From the NCBI RefSeq assembly GCF_001194135.2, contig NC_068987.1:16979816-17015063 (forward strand): a DNA stretch of 35,248 bases, read 5' to 3'. A program made the translations under genes and the position numbers. This document shows, piece after piece, positions 1-10,575 of the stretch (within the stretch, counting starts at the first letter, position 1; each line of letters opens with the position of its first letter). The notes under the pieces were generated by a model, which saw only the letters and a list, made by a program, of their open reading frames with translations, searched no databases and was not told the DNA's origin. Origin of the DNA: Octopus bimaculoides. Its lineage: Eukaryota.

Positions 1-319
1 ATATATATATATATATATACTGTGTGCGCATAAGTATGTCTGTATATGCATGCAGACACATACACACAAACACACATACATATATGTATATGATTTCATT
101 GTGATGTGAACACGATGTTGAGAACGTTCCTTAAACGAATGTAGTTTATTCCGTTCTACATATAAAGCTATGCAGTGAATGCAAGATATGCGACTGATGT
201 AATGACATTACTGTGTATTCACATCCTCAGACATCCTTCTTAGAATACTATGCTAGGAAGGTTCACACATGATGCGCTACAAGGGTGATTGCTCGGAATA
301 TACTTATCATCACAAATGG

Positions 320-321
<2 letters not shown>

Positions 322-380
<59 letters not shown>

Positions 381-385
381 ATCTA
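322..385. repeat. (ATCT)n microsatellite
   Basis: Tandem atct units read directly. Confidence 0.97.
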
Positions 386-441
386 TCAGTTTCTCTGTCT
401 CTCTGTTTATACACACAAACACAAACACACACAGACATATC

Positions 442-660
442 CGAGTGGGGTGCTAAAAAGTTCCACGTTCTATGGTTGTGGTGAAAGGCTTGGCTAGAGT
501 CCCAAACCTCCAACTTTTTTTTATAGGACTTGGAAAAACTGAAGGACCACTGCAATAAGTGGGTGAATCTGAGAGGGAAATGCGTTGAATAAAATCACAA
601 TTAACTGAGCCTCCTGTATTTTCTTTTATCCCAAACGAAGAACTTTTCAGCGCCCCCTCG
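442..660 (+). mobile_element. Internally deleted Tc1/mariner element (MITE-like) with a transposase C-terminal remnant
   Basis: Left TIR cgagtggggtgctaaaaagttc (442-463) matches the reverse complement of the right TIR at 640-660 (cgagggggcgctgaaaagttc), which is followed by TA. Positions 530-592 translate LEKLKDHCNKWVNLRGKCVE*, like mariner C-termini (G.EKL..RW.KC....G.YVE*). Confidence 0.85.
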
Positions 661-674
661 TATAAATATACATA

Positions 675-1209
675 NNNNNNNNNNNNNNNNNNNNNNNNNN
701 NNNNNNNNNNNNNNNNNNNNNNNNNNNNNNNNNNNNNNNNNNNNNNNNNNNNNNNNNNNNNNNNNNNNNNNNNNNNNNNNNNNNNNNNNNNNNNNNNNNN
801 NNNNNNNNNNNNNNNNNNNNNNNNNNNNNNNNNNNNNNNNNNNNNNNNNNNNNNNNNNNNNNNNNNNNNNNNNNNNNNNNNNNNNNNNNNNNNNNNNNNN
901 NNNNNNNNNNNNNNNNNNNNNNNNNNNNNNNNNNNNNNNNNNNNNNNNNNNNNNNNNNNNNNNNNNNNNNNNNNNNNNNNNNNNNNNNNNNNNNNNNNNN
1001 NNNNNNNNNNNNNNNNNNNNNNNNNNNNNNNNNNNNNNNNNNNNNNNNNNNNNNNNNNNNNNNNNNNNNNNNNNNNNNNNNNNNNNNNNNNNNNNNNNNN
1101 NNNNNNNNNNNNNNNNNNNNNNNNNNNNNNNNNNNNNNNNNNNNNNNNNNNNNNNNNNNNNNNNNNNNNNNNNNNNNNNNNNNNNNNNNNNNNNNNNNNN
1201 NNNNNNNNN
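675..1209. other. Assembly gap. Other gaps: 1956-1978, 8769-9068, 20448-21281, 22398-22407, 22818-22915, 27100-27109, 29894-30150, 30651-30670, 34224-34890
   Basis: Runs of n, each flanked by microsatellite. Confidence 0.99.
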
Positions 1210-1258
<49 letters not shown>

Positions 1259-1354
1259 GCATATATATATATATGTATATATATATGGTTATGTATATAT
1301 ATGTATATATATATCCCCTCCTTCTCTTTTTCACTCTCCCTCTCTCGTTGCTCA

Positions 1355-1633
1355 CACGTGACCATCGTCCATCTTTCTTCACCTCATGTGACCATCTTTC
1401 TTTTCCTGCACGGATGTTTTAGCGAACGGACGTGTTTTCCTCTCTCTCCTCTATCTTTTCTCTTACAAAAATGTTTCTCCCAGCGTTCACTATTTTCCTC
1501 TCATTCTGATCTAACGACTAAGCCGACAACTGATGAAGAGTCCTTTTCCTGTGTTAACTTGTCCTGTTTTCCATTTTTTCTCGTTGCTTACCTATTTCAT
1601 GTTATTTGCACCGTTCATGACGTCTTGTACCCA
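1355..1633 (+). mobile_element. Repeat family F copy 1 (putative Penelope-like pseudo-LTR or short non-autonomous retroelement)
   Basis: Shares tgaccatcg.ccatc, gacaactgatga and gacgtc.tgt.ccc with 21733-22240. Shares the CTGATGA and acgtc.tgtaccc motifs with 35152-35248 (-). Confidence 0.6.
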
Positions 1634-1642
1634 TATATGTAT

Positions 1643-1681
1643 ACACACACACACACACCCACACACACACACACACACACG

Positions 1682-1715
<34 letters not shown>

Positions 1716-1721
1716 ATATAT
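1643..1721. repeat. (CA)n + (TA)n compound microsatellite
   Basis: Read directly. Confidence 0.95.
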
Positions 1722-1868
1722 AGTTTTAGGGAAAAGAACCAAGGTTCATGAACTCATCGATGAAAATCCACTGTCACATATTTTATACTGTGAAACTTAA
1801 TTTAATTTAAATTTGTAATAAATTGATTTTAATTGAGATTTTACCTGTAATTTTGGATTTTATCCCTA

Positions 1869-1869
1869 A

Positions 1870-1923
<54 letters not shown>

Positions 1924-1994
1924 CATTACAATATATATATATATATATATATATANNNNNNNNNNNNNNNNNNNNNNNATATATATTATTTATC

Positions 1995-2047
<53 letters not shown>
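1869..2047. repeat. (ATT)n, (TA)n, (CA)n microsatellite cluster
   Basis: Read directly; spans a small gap. Confidence 0.95.
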
Positions 2048-2049
<2 letters not shown>

Positions 2050-2744
2050 GTGTGATAATAGCAATAATAAATAGCAAAGGAAGAACACTTATGTGAATCT
2101 GGAGACAGACTATAAATATAAATGGGCATCAATAAATAACTATATTTCGGTGCTGGTATTTTTACACGATATCTTTTTTCCTAGTGATATCGAATGTCTG
2201 TGTAACGGTATTACATTTATCAGACAAGTGGTGGTTTTGTCAATATATATAGAAATGAATTATTGCATATGTGAATGGGATTTGACGACGACCCAACATA
2301 ATGCAGGCACTGTATACTGTATAAAATTTTAATAAAAACAAACGTGCCTTATCAATGATCTCACAGCAAAACATATTTATCTTACAGAATTTCGTTTATT
2401 GATAGCTTCATTTGCAGCTATGTAGCATTCAGCAGTGAATGTAAGCGGAGGTATAGTCCATTCTCTGAATAAAACTCACGCCCGCGCACACACACACACA
2501 CGGACATTACATGCATGGTTAGCCCTTGCCATATCGCTGGTCGCCTATCGCAGTTTATTATTTAAGCTTACAGTGATTCCTCTGTGATGCTTTGCATTAA
2601 AAAATAAAATAAATATATACAAATTATAAAAAGAATAATAGAAAAAAATATACAACACACTATTGTTTCTACTTCGCATATTTTCACCTATCGCGTGTGG
2701 TTTTGAAACGTAACAACCGCGATAGTCGAGGGATTACTGTATCG

Positions 2745-2897
2745 TGTTTTTCTCCTTGTTTTCTCCGTATTCTTTCTGTTGAAGAGCGTAGCTCGAAACG
2801 TTAAACACTTTCTGTATTCCCGAGCGTCAAACTAATACATCCTTCTGTTGTTTACACCACCTGTCCTCGTCTGTTGTTGTTTTTTTCGTATATTCTC

Positions 2898-2900
<3 letters not shown>
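2745..2900 (+). mobile_element. Repeat family A copy 1 (hammerhead-bearing short element ending in (TA)n)
   Basis: Aligns by eye with 26895-27057, 33665-33835 and 21680-21730 (-). Confidence 0.8.
2767..2838 (+). ncRNA. Type I hammerhead-ribozyme-like motif with non-canonical core CUGUUGA+A
   Basis: Stem I GTATT-c-TTT / AAA-ct-AATAC; stem II GAGC-gta-GCTC; GAAA; stem III ACGTT / AGCGT; predicted GUC cleavage after 2828. Confidence 0.65.
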
Positions 2901-2949
<49 letters not shown>

Positions 2950-3037
2950 CCCTTAAGCATTGCGAGACTAATAACCCGGCGTAGAAATCAATATACGTAT
3001 GCTTCAGAATGGTGTGTTAGCTGAATATAGAGCAGTT

Positions 3038-3254
3038 ATAGGAAAGAGATATGACAAAAGGATAACTGGCTGTCTTATGAACTTCATTAGCTTACAGCTG
3101 TTTCTGCTGCAGGATGCAGTGGAGCCGTAGTTGAGTGTTTGGATAAAACCTTATAGCTTGAAGACACTCAACTATGAGTCCACTGCATCTTAGAGCAGGA
3201 AGAACTGTAAACTAAAGAAGATTATCATTCTTTTGTCATCTCTCTTTCTTGTAT
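3038..3254. mobile_element. Foldback (palindromic) MITE-like element
   Basis: Arms of about 100 bp pair around a 21-nt loop (3141-3161); TA dinucleotides at both ends. Confidence 0.75.
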
Positions 3255-3262
3255 ACAGAAGC

Positions 3263-3271
3263 ACACACACA

Positions 3272-3309
<38 letters not shown>

Positions 3310-3351
3310 TGTATGTATGTATGTATGTATGTATGTATGTATGTATGTATG
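3263..3351. repeat. (CA)n + (GTAT)n microsatellite
   Basis: Read directly. Confidence 0.95.
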
Positions 3352-3358
3352 AAGAAGC

Positions 3359-3490
3359 CTTCATAATGTGGACGTGTATGTCTTCAAAAAGGAACTGGAC
3401 ACACTCCTATCGGTGATACCAGATGAACCAACAACTCAGCATGAAACACCACTGAGGACAGAAGAGTTCAACTGCCTCATACACCAAATG
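3359..3490 (+). mobile_element. CR1-group LINE ORF2 C-terminal remnant
   Basis: Translates LHNVDVYVFKKELDTLLSVIPDEPTTQHETPLRTEEFNCLIHQM, matching the recalled invertebrate motif FK..LD.FL..IPDEP. Confidence 0.7.
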
Positions 3491-3611
3491 GACCAAAATC
3501 TAAGGGAGAAAGTACATGCGGGAGTTGTGATATGAAATCCAACCAACCGGAAGAAATCAACCAAAGAATAAAGGTCCAAAATCATTGTAGTGTTCCCGCA
3601 TGATTGCAAAT

Positions 3612-3808
3612 GCTTGGCTGGAACGTTGGGGGAAGGGTGTAAGTCTTTTACATCGACCTCCAGTGTTCGACTGGTACTTATTTCATCGAGCTCGAAAGGA
3701 TGAAAGGCAGAGACAACATCGGCGGAATTTGAGCTCAGAACGTAGATACAGACGATATGCCGTTATGCATTTTGCCCGGTGTGCTAACAATTCTTCCAGC
3801 TCACTGCC
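3612..3808 (-). mobile_element. tRNA-derived SINE family C
   Basis: Minus strand carries A/B-box-like head and core ttcatcctttcg..ctcgatgaaataagtaccag, similar to 27845-28050 and 31030-31238. Confidence 0.85.
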
Positions 3809-4259
3809 GAATATTATAATTGTGAAAAAAAACAGTTGATAATACTACCTACGAAACGTTAAATCTATAAATCTCTATCTCTCTTTCTCCCTTACTATTT
3901 ATCTTTCCTTTTCTTTGTATCTCTGTCTTTCCCTTTGTGGTGTATCATTTTCTTTTCCAACTTCCTAATAACCATCAATATTTATATCAAAGGGCCACAT
4001 CTGTTGATGATAAAGTTCTTTACACACATTCTAATATTACAATATTTACATATTAACTGTATGCCATGGCTCGTTTCTTTTATTAGGCTTTATACAACCC
4101 GTCTGGCACAGTGTGAACATGAGAATGTTGGTAAATTATTGTTAAATTTGTTGTTGTTGCCGTTAACGATTTTCTTGTTTGTTTCTTGTTGGTGTAATTA
4201 TTGTCCTCAACGTCGCTGTCGTTGCTTTTGCTACTGCAACGAGTATTGATGCTATAGAA

Positions 4260-4613
4260 GCAATGACTATAACTTAAATATTTTATTAATGCAACAAAAG
4301 CATTGACTGTACATTAACTAGTTTATTAATATAAACGCAATGACTATATCTTAACTACTTTATTAATACAAAGAGAGTGACTGTATAATTTAACTAATTT
4401 ATTAATAATACAAGAGCAGTGAATATTACATGACTAGTTTATGACTATAATCGCAGTTGCTATAACTAAATTAGTTTATTAACACAAAGGTAGTAACTAC
4501 AACTTTATTAATACAAACCCAGTCAGTATAACTAGTCTATTAATACAAAAGTAGTGAAGATATGTTAAATAGTTAATTAATATAAAGGCAGCGACAATAA
4601 CATGGCTAGTAAA
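4260..4613. repeat. Degenerate ~37-bp minisatellite, about 10 units
   Basis: Recurrent unit GCARTGACTATAAYTTAACTAGTTTATTAATACAAA. Confidence 0.8.
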
Positions 4614-5029
4614 GAACTGACGTAACACTTTTTTTTTATTGAATTGAATGTTTTAGTATGGCGATTTTCTGAAATAGAATAAAGGAGAGAAATATATCGC
4701 ACTGGTATTGACGTTGTATGGCATCGCTATCGAGTAGATCCAATTAGTGTTACTATGCAATATAATATGGTTTTTTTTTTCTCTAACAACGTATACAAAC
4801 ATCACTGTCATCATAGAAAGCTTGTCTTCTATCAAGTGGATATAAATCTTAATTATAAATACTACACCAACTGTTCTTGCATGCAATACTAATTTGTTTA
4901 TAACTCTCATTATAATTTTGGTTATGGTCGTTGTAGATGTTGCTGTTACTAATATTGTTGTTATTGTGATTCCTATTGTTGTTGTTCTGTGGGTGGGCGT
5001 TGTTACTGTGGTATTATTCTAGTTATTTA

Positions 5030-5418
5030 GTGGAGGCGCAATGGCCCAGTGGTTAGGGCAGCGGACTCGCGGTCATAGGATCGCGGTTTCGATTCCCAGA
5101 CCGGGCGTTGTGAGTGTTTATTCAGCGGAAACACCTAAAAGCTCCACGAGGCTCCGGCAGGGGATGGTGGAGAACCCTACTGTACTCTTCCACCACAACT
5201 TTCTCTCACTCTTACTTCCTGTTTCTGTTGTGCCTGTAATTCAAAGGGTCAGCCTTGTCACACTCTGTGTCACGCTGAATATCCACGAGAATTACGTTAA
5301 GGGTACACGTGTCTGTGGAGTGCTCAGCCACTTGCACGTTAATTTCACGAGCAGGCTGTTCCGTTGATCGGATCAACTAGAACCCTCGACGTCGTAAGCG
5401 ACGGAGTACCAACAATAA
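5030..5418 (+). mobile_element. Full-length tRNA-derived SINE, family D, 3' module type 1
   Basis: A box TGGCCCAGTGG (5042), B box GGTTTCGATTCCC (5085), terminal hairpins and an (AAC/AAT) tail; head nearly identical to 10977-11172 (-). Confidence 0.92.
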
Positions 5419-6125
5419 TTCTAGTTATTGGTATTTTGGTTGCTGTTTGTGATTGCTTTTTATTCTTGTTGTTACAGACGCTATTTGTTGTTAATGCTGT
5501 TAATCGTGGTTGTATTATTCAGATAGTTGTCGTTGTTTCTGTGCCTATTGTTGTTTTTGGTGCTATTATTGTTGTGCTGCTTGTTGTAATTGTTGCTATC
5601 AGTCTTCAAATTGTCGTTGCTGAAGTAGATGTTACTTGTGATGTGATTCTAGTTTTGCAGTTGACGCAGTTATGGTTGATGTGTTTGTTTTGTTGCTGCG
5701 TGGTTCGGTTTCGTATTGCTTACGTAGATATTGTTGTGGATATAACTGCTTTTGTTGTCATTGTTGAGGTTGTCGTTGTTGTGATTGTTATTGCTGTAGC
5801 TGTTGATGTGATTGCTGTGACTTTTGTGTACGTTGCTAATGTAGTTATTCTTGAAGTTGTTACTGTGGTCGTGTGATTGTCTTTACTTTGGCCTTTGTTG
5901 TTATGATTGTTGTTGTCGCTGTTGCAAATTTTTGTCTGTCGTTATTCTTCACGTTGCCATTGCTTTGGCTGTCGGTCGTTATTGCAGTAGTGGTTTTGGT
6001 TTTTGTAACTTTGGTTGTTGTTGCCGTTTTCGCGATTGTTGTGGTTGTTCTGTAGTTTTCCTAGTTGTTACTGTTGCTTCTGTTTGTCATTACCACCATG
6101 TTATTTTTTATTGCTGTTACTCTTC
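5419..6125. repeat. Cryptic triplet-phased GTT/GCT/GAT low-complexity tract. Similar tracts: 4125-4250, 4920-5020, 16555-16660, 16860-17620, 18340-18400, 29735-30320
   Basis: Val-rich spurious ORFs and persistent 3-nt periodicity. Confidence 0.8.
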
Positions 6126-6899
6126 GTGTATAATATATACTCTTGTTAATAATCATAACATATTATTTAATTCCTTCTCTTTGCCTGTACTACAATGCTT
6201 TTCTTTTCCTTTTGCTGGTTGTACCACTGCATTATTTAGTTTTATTATGATAGCTGCAGGAATAACTTCATTGAGTGTTTCCACATCACAGGCTACATCA
6301 AGGCATTAGTCTTAATTTGTGATCTGTCATATTTAACACGGCCACATAGCAATTTTCAACGATGTCATTTTAAAAGCTTCAAAAAGCAAACAAACTCTTG
6401 ACACATGCAAACACAGCAGTGTATAAAAAACAATTTTTTTTTATTGAGCAAACGTTGAACTCTTGTCTATGTGAACTCTTGAACTGTTAGAAGTAATAAC
6501 TGTATTTCTCTCAAACTACATTCATCTGTCGTGAGAGGTGAACATACGTTAACTACTGTAGTGAAAGACAGTTCCTCCAAAATGTAAGATACAGAGGAAA
6601 GAAAACAGTTATGTCTGGAATAATTTTGACTCCATATTATCTTGGCATCAATTTTTAAATCCACATAAGGCTTGATTTCCGTGCCATCTCTCCTCTACAA
6701 AAATGTTGCTCGCATCACATTACGACACGAAGACAAAACTATTTCATCTTAACTGGCCTTGCTCTCTTTGACATCATACCACGACACATAAGGAAAGGAA
6801 AATATCTCAAAACATTCAACAAGCTCCTGAATGAGCATCGCCAACAAATTCCAAACAACTCAGCTTCACCTGAATATACCTCGGCGAACTAAAACTCGT

Positions 6900-7240
6900 T
6901 ACTCGATTGGGCTGTGGTGGCCTAAACTTGTCAAAGTATCTAAGCTTTTAATGGGTATATGTAGAGAGTATTCTTATGTATGGGGCAGAAACTGGACAAT
7001 GAAGAAAAAGTGTTTGCAACATCGCATTGACGGTACGTATAGAAGGCTTCTTCTGAGACCTTTAAAAATGAGCATAAGACCAAAGAAATTGATGTACACA
7101 TCTCATCCACCCGTTTGTACAATTACTATTCAACTTATGGTAGGTTTATTGGCCACTGCTGGCCTCCTGAACCAACGGCCGCCCTAGATGTTATGTTATG
7201 GAGGTTTCTGCGACCTAATAACTGATGAAGACCACTCGAC
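6900..7240 (+). mobile_element. Frameshifted RTE-type LINE ORF2 C-terminal remnant
   Basis: VESILMYGAET (6961-6993), a frameshift, then TMKKKCLQHRIDGTYRRLL; FIGHCW at 7145-7162; later DVMLW. These match RTE motifs LLYG.ETWT, LDG.Y.RLL and RFAGHC.R. Confidence 0.88.
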
Positions 7241-7339
7241 TGAATTCATGCTATTGGCCCCCCCCCCACACACACACACGACACTGACAATAAACCAAAC
7301 CTAATGAGAAATCAGAGACAAAGACGTGACAGAAATTAC

Positions 7340-7945
7340 TGGCGCGTCGCGGCGCGGTGCAACGCGTCTCGGTTCCGTTCGCTCGTAAAAGGTAACGTTC
7401 TTTGGTCGTGGTTGACCTTGATGAAACATAAACAATAAAATCTACAAAAAAAAAAAAAGAAAGAAAAAGCAATTACAGACAACAGAGATATGTTTTGAGC
7501 ATTTTCAAATGCCTAAATATGAAAGCCAATAATTTTACTTTAAGTGGGTGAGAAGGGAGACAGAAAGAGGGAGAGGGAGTGGAATAGAGACTGAAAGAGA
7601 AACATATGAATCAACTAGAATTAATAATGACTAGGTCACGTTCTTTCATTTACTTTATTTTATTAGTTTTGTTATTTGATTGTTCTCGCTCATACAAACT
7701 GATTGTTTGCTTGTCATAAGAATTGCTCTAAATTTTCTTATAATAGATAGCAGGTCACGAACAGTTAAAATTCACATTTAAAGACAAGAGTGAGAGAGAG
7801 CAGAGAAAAGAGAGAGGTGGAAAAGAGAGAGGGAGACAGAGAGCTTGTAGTGGTCATTTGAGCTGTGAGAAATAGCTGTTAAATCTCTCTCTGCTACCGC
7901 TTTGAACAAAGACCTGACGCACTGGGCCGCGTAGTCTCGCCTAAC
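7340..7945. promoter_or_regulatory. Candidate CpG-rich promoter or cis-regulatory patch
   Basis: 12 CpGs in 7341-7385; possible donor AG|GTAACG at 7391/7392; AGGTCACG at 7633 and 7752; overlapping CTTTGAA/AACAAAG at 7900-7911. Confidence 0.25.
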
Positions 7946-8690
7946 CCTACAAATACAAAGTAAAATCAAAGAAGGAATGTTCACTGGTACAATAATTTTA
8001 TAAAAGATATGCTTCTTGGGCTACACAATATCATCATCACCATAACCCCACCAACAACGCCAACAATCAGAAATTAAACGCATGCATACACAAGAATAAG
8101 CAGAAACATTAATAATATATAAAAATATTAAAAAATGCAAATCATTAACAAGTAAAGTGAGAATAAAATACGAATACATTATTATAATGACGAAATCCTT
8201 GTAAGACAACTAATATTATTCATGCAATTTGTAGAGAAGATGTAGAAGATCATTTCATTCCAAGCGTGTTTAAGAGCTAAACGCGACAACCAAGGGAGGT
8301 AATAATGGCATAATCAACAGCTAAATTTTTCCAAAGAATCTCCCTACAGGGGATGTCAGTCTTTTGGTATTCATTTTGGTCTCACGGCATTATTACTGTT
8401 CATCTGTTTATTTCTTTGTCAGCCCGTCTCTCTCTTTCGCACTATCTATCTCTTCATTTTATGTATATATACATAGGCATTTTAATTGTTTTTCAGTCAT
8501 GTATCTGCGGTGTATTATATATTTGTCATGTATTCTGTGTATTATATATTTGTTTACCTTCTACTAGCATCAAAATCTTACACGTATTATTTGTGAGAAT
8601 TGTATATACGTACTTATGTATGTATCTATCTACGTATACACATATATGCATGTACGTATTCATGTATGCATATGTGCATATATTTATGTA

Positions 8691-8699
<9 letters not shown>

Positions 8700-8768
<69 letters not shown>

Positions 8769-9068
8769 NNNNNNNNNNNNNNNNNNNNNNNNNNNNNNNN
8801 NNNNNNNNNNNNNNNNNNNNNNNNNNNNNNNNNNNNNNNNNNNNNNNNNNNNNNNNNNNNNNNNNNNNNNNNNNNNNNNNNNNNNNNNNNNNNNNNNNNN
8901 NNNNNNNNNNNNNNNNNNNNNNNNNNNNNNNNNNNNNNNNNNNNNNNNNNNNNNNNNNNNNNNNNNNNNNNNNNNNNNNNNNNNNNNNNNNNNNNNNNNN
9001 NNNNNNNNNNNNNNNNNNNNNNNNNNNNNNNNNNNNNNNNNNNNNNNNNNNNNNNNNNNNNNNNNNNN

Positions 9069-9115
<47 letters not shown>

Positions 9116-9135
9116 TGTGTGTGTGTGTGTGTATG
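8700..9135. repeat. (CA)n - gap - (TG)n microsatellites
   Basis: Read directly. Confidence 0.95.
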
Positions 9136-10542
9136 TATGTATGCATGCATGCATGCATATATGTATGGATGTATGTATGTGTGTATGTATCGAACACCCT
9201 TAACTTGTTTTCTCCATTTGGCTTAAATGGTCAGATTCATTCAGGTCTCTATTGTTTATATTGTCAAAAAACATTCTATCAACTGATCTTATTGAAGTTA
9301 ACTCCAATGTTATTTTAAATTTTAAACAACCCTAGAAGAAGAATTTTATTTCTTAGATAATCTCAGTTGATCGAAGTTTACCAACTCACTACATTATATA
9401 TATATGTGAGACACTACAGCATAAATATTCAGTATCCAGATAAGTTGCTTTTAGTTATTTTTTTTTATCACTCTTAGTATTAACGATTTTTACTAGCTGC
9501 AATCTGTGTCTTGATAAAATTATGTTCAAGTAAATAAATCTTATTCGTCGTGTAATTCCGGTAGTTTTATGATGTCATTCTAACAACAGCCATAGTGATA
9601 TATTTAATATACATCGATGCAGCAACACATTTCTTTAAATATTATAAACTTTTCCTCTCATTCTGCACGTTTCTCGATCATTCTCCCTCCATCTTCATCA
9701 TCCTTCTCTTTTTTCTCTCTTTTAATCTTTCTCCACTTATCATTTTTATGTACTCTTTTTAACATATCTTTGTTGTTTGGATATTTTTTTTCCTTCCCCC
9801 CCCCCTTACTTTTTAGTATTTCTCTTTGATTTACTCATAAATTAAGTGTTTGCTGTTAGAAATATCTAATTCTCACTTTAGCTGGCGCAATGGCGCAATC
9901 TCTGTCATTCTATCTCTTTCACTCTGTTATATACATAAACTCTATTTTCCATCAACGATCAGCTTTGAAACATAGTAACAAATTAATGGCAAAGGAAAAT
10001 AAAAAGCAGAAGAAAACAAAACCAAAGAAAAAAATAACGATCATTTAGTCATTAAAATGCTTACTCCTACTTAACGTTGTTCTCTTTGAATGCTTAGGTA
10101 AACTCACAGCTTGTATTGACGACTTGTAACTATTGAAACGAGATCAACAAGTACAGTGATTCACGTTGACAAAACAGCCGAGTCACTAATAACAAATATA
10201 TAATAACTGCGTCACCTATGTAATTTACACTCATCCTACTAGTACGACAGCGTCAGCATCGTCAACATTATTATCGTCGTCATCAGCAACTGTACGGATA
10301 GTAACAAAGAATTACTTTTACGTAACGTTTCCTTTTTCAGCTCCTAATAAAAGGATTCTGAAATATCAATGATATTTCTTAAAGATAATGATTTCTTTTG
10401 AGTAGGTTCTCGGATGATATTTTTTTTTTCATCTGGGATTATTTACTTTATCGATCTTTAGTGAAGAAGAAATGTTTAGAGAGGGACAAATCGATGACAG
10501 TATGTTGTATATTCACTGTAATGCACTAACCCTATTTTCTAG

Positions 10543-10575
10543 CGTCGAAGATGCTAAATATGTTTCTCCCTTATA
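10543..10575 (+). other. Candidate 33-nt microexon of an unidentified host gene
   Basis: Branch-like CACTAAC, then cctattttctAG acceptor and a GTAAGT donor; length divisible by 3; two open phases (VEDAKYVSPL or SKMLNMFLPY). Confidence 0.3.

Noticed and set aside
5030-5105. tRNA-like sequences with A and B boxes (also near 11100, 11850, 27700 and 31150)
   Set aside because: They lack a complete cloverleaf and run into SINE bodies, so they are SINE heads and not tRNA genes.
5041-5367. 108-aa ORF
   Set aside because: Lies wholly inside a SINE.
6831-7187. 118-aa ORF
   Set aside because: A chimeric frame through a frameshifted RTE LINE remnant; not a gene.
7222-7250. CTGATGA as a hammerhead core
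   Set aside because: No GAAA or UH arrangement follows; it is better explained as RTE coding sequence.
8700-9135. (CA)n and (TG)n in inverted arrangement as a giant hairpin
   Set aside because: They are separated by a scaffold gap, so true spacing and orientation are unverifiable.
10341-10401. Exon candidate with strong acceptor tttcctttttcag and GTAGGT donor
   Set aside because: Stops in all three frames and 61 nt long; possible only as UTR, with no supporting evidence.
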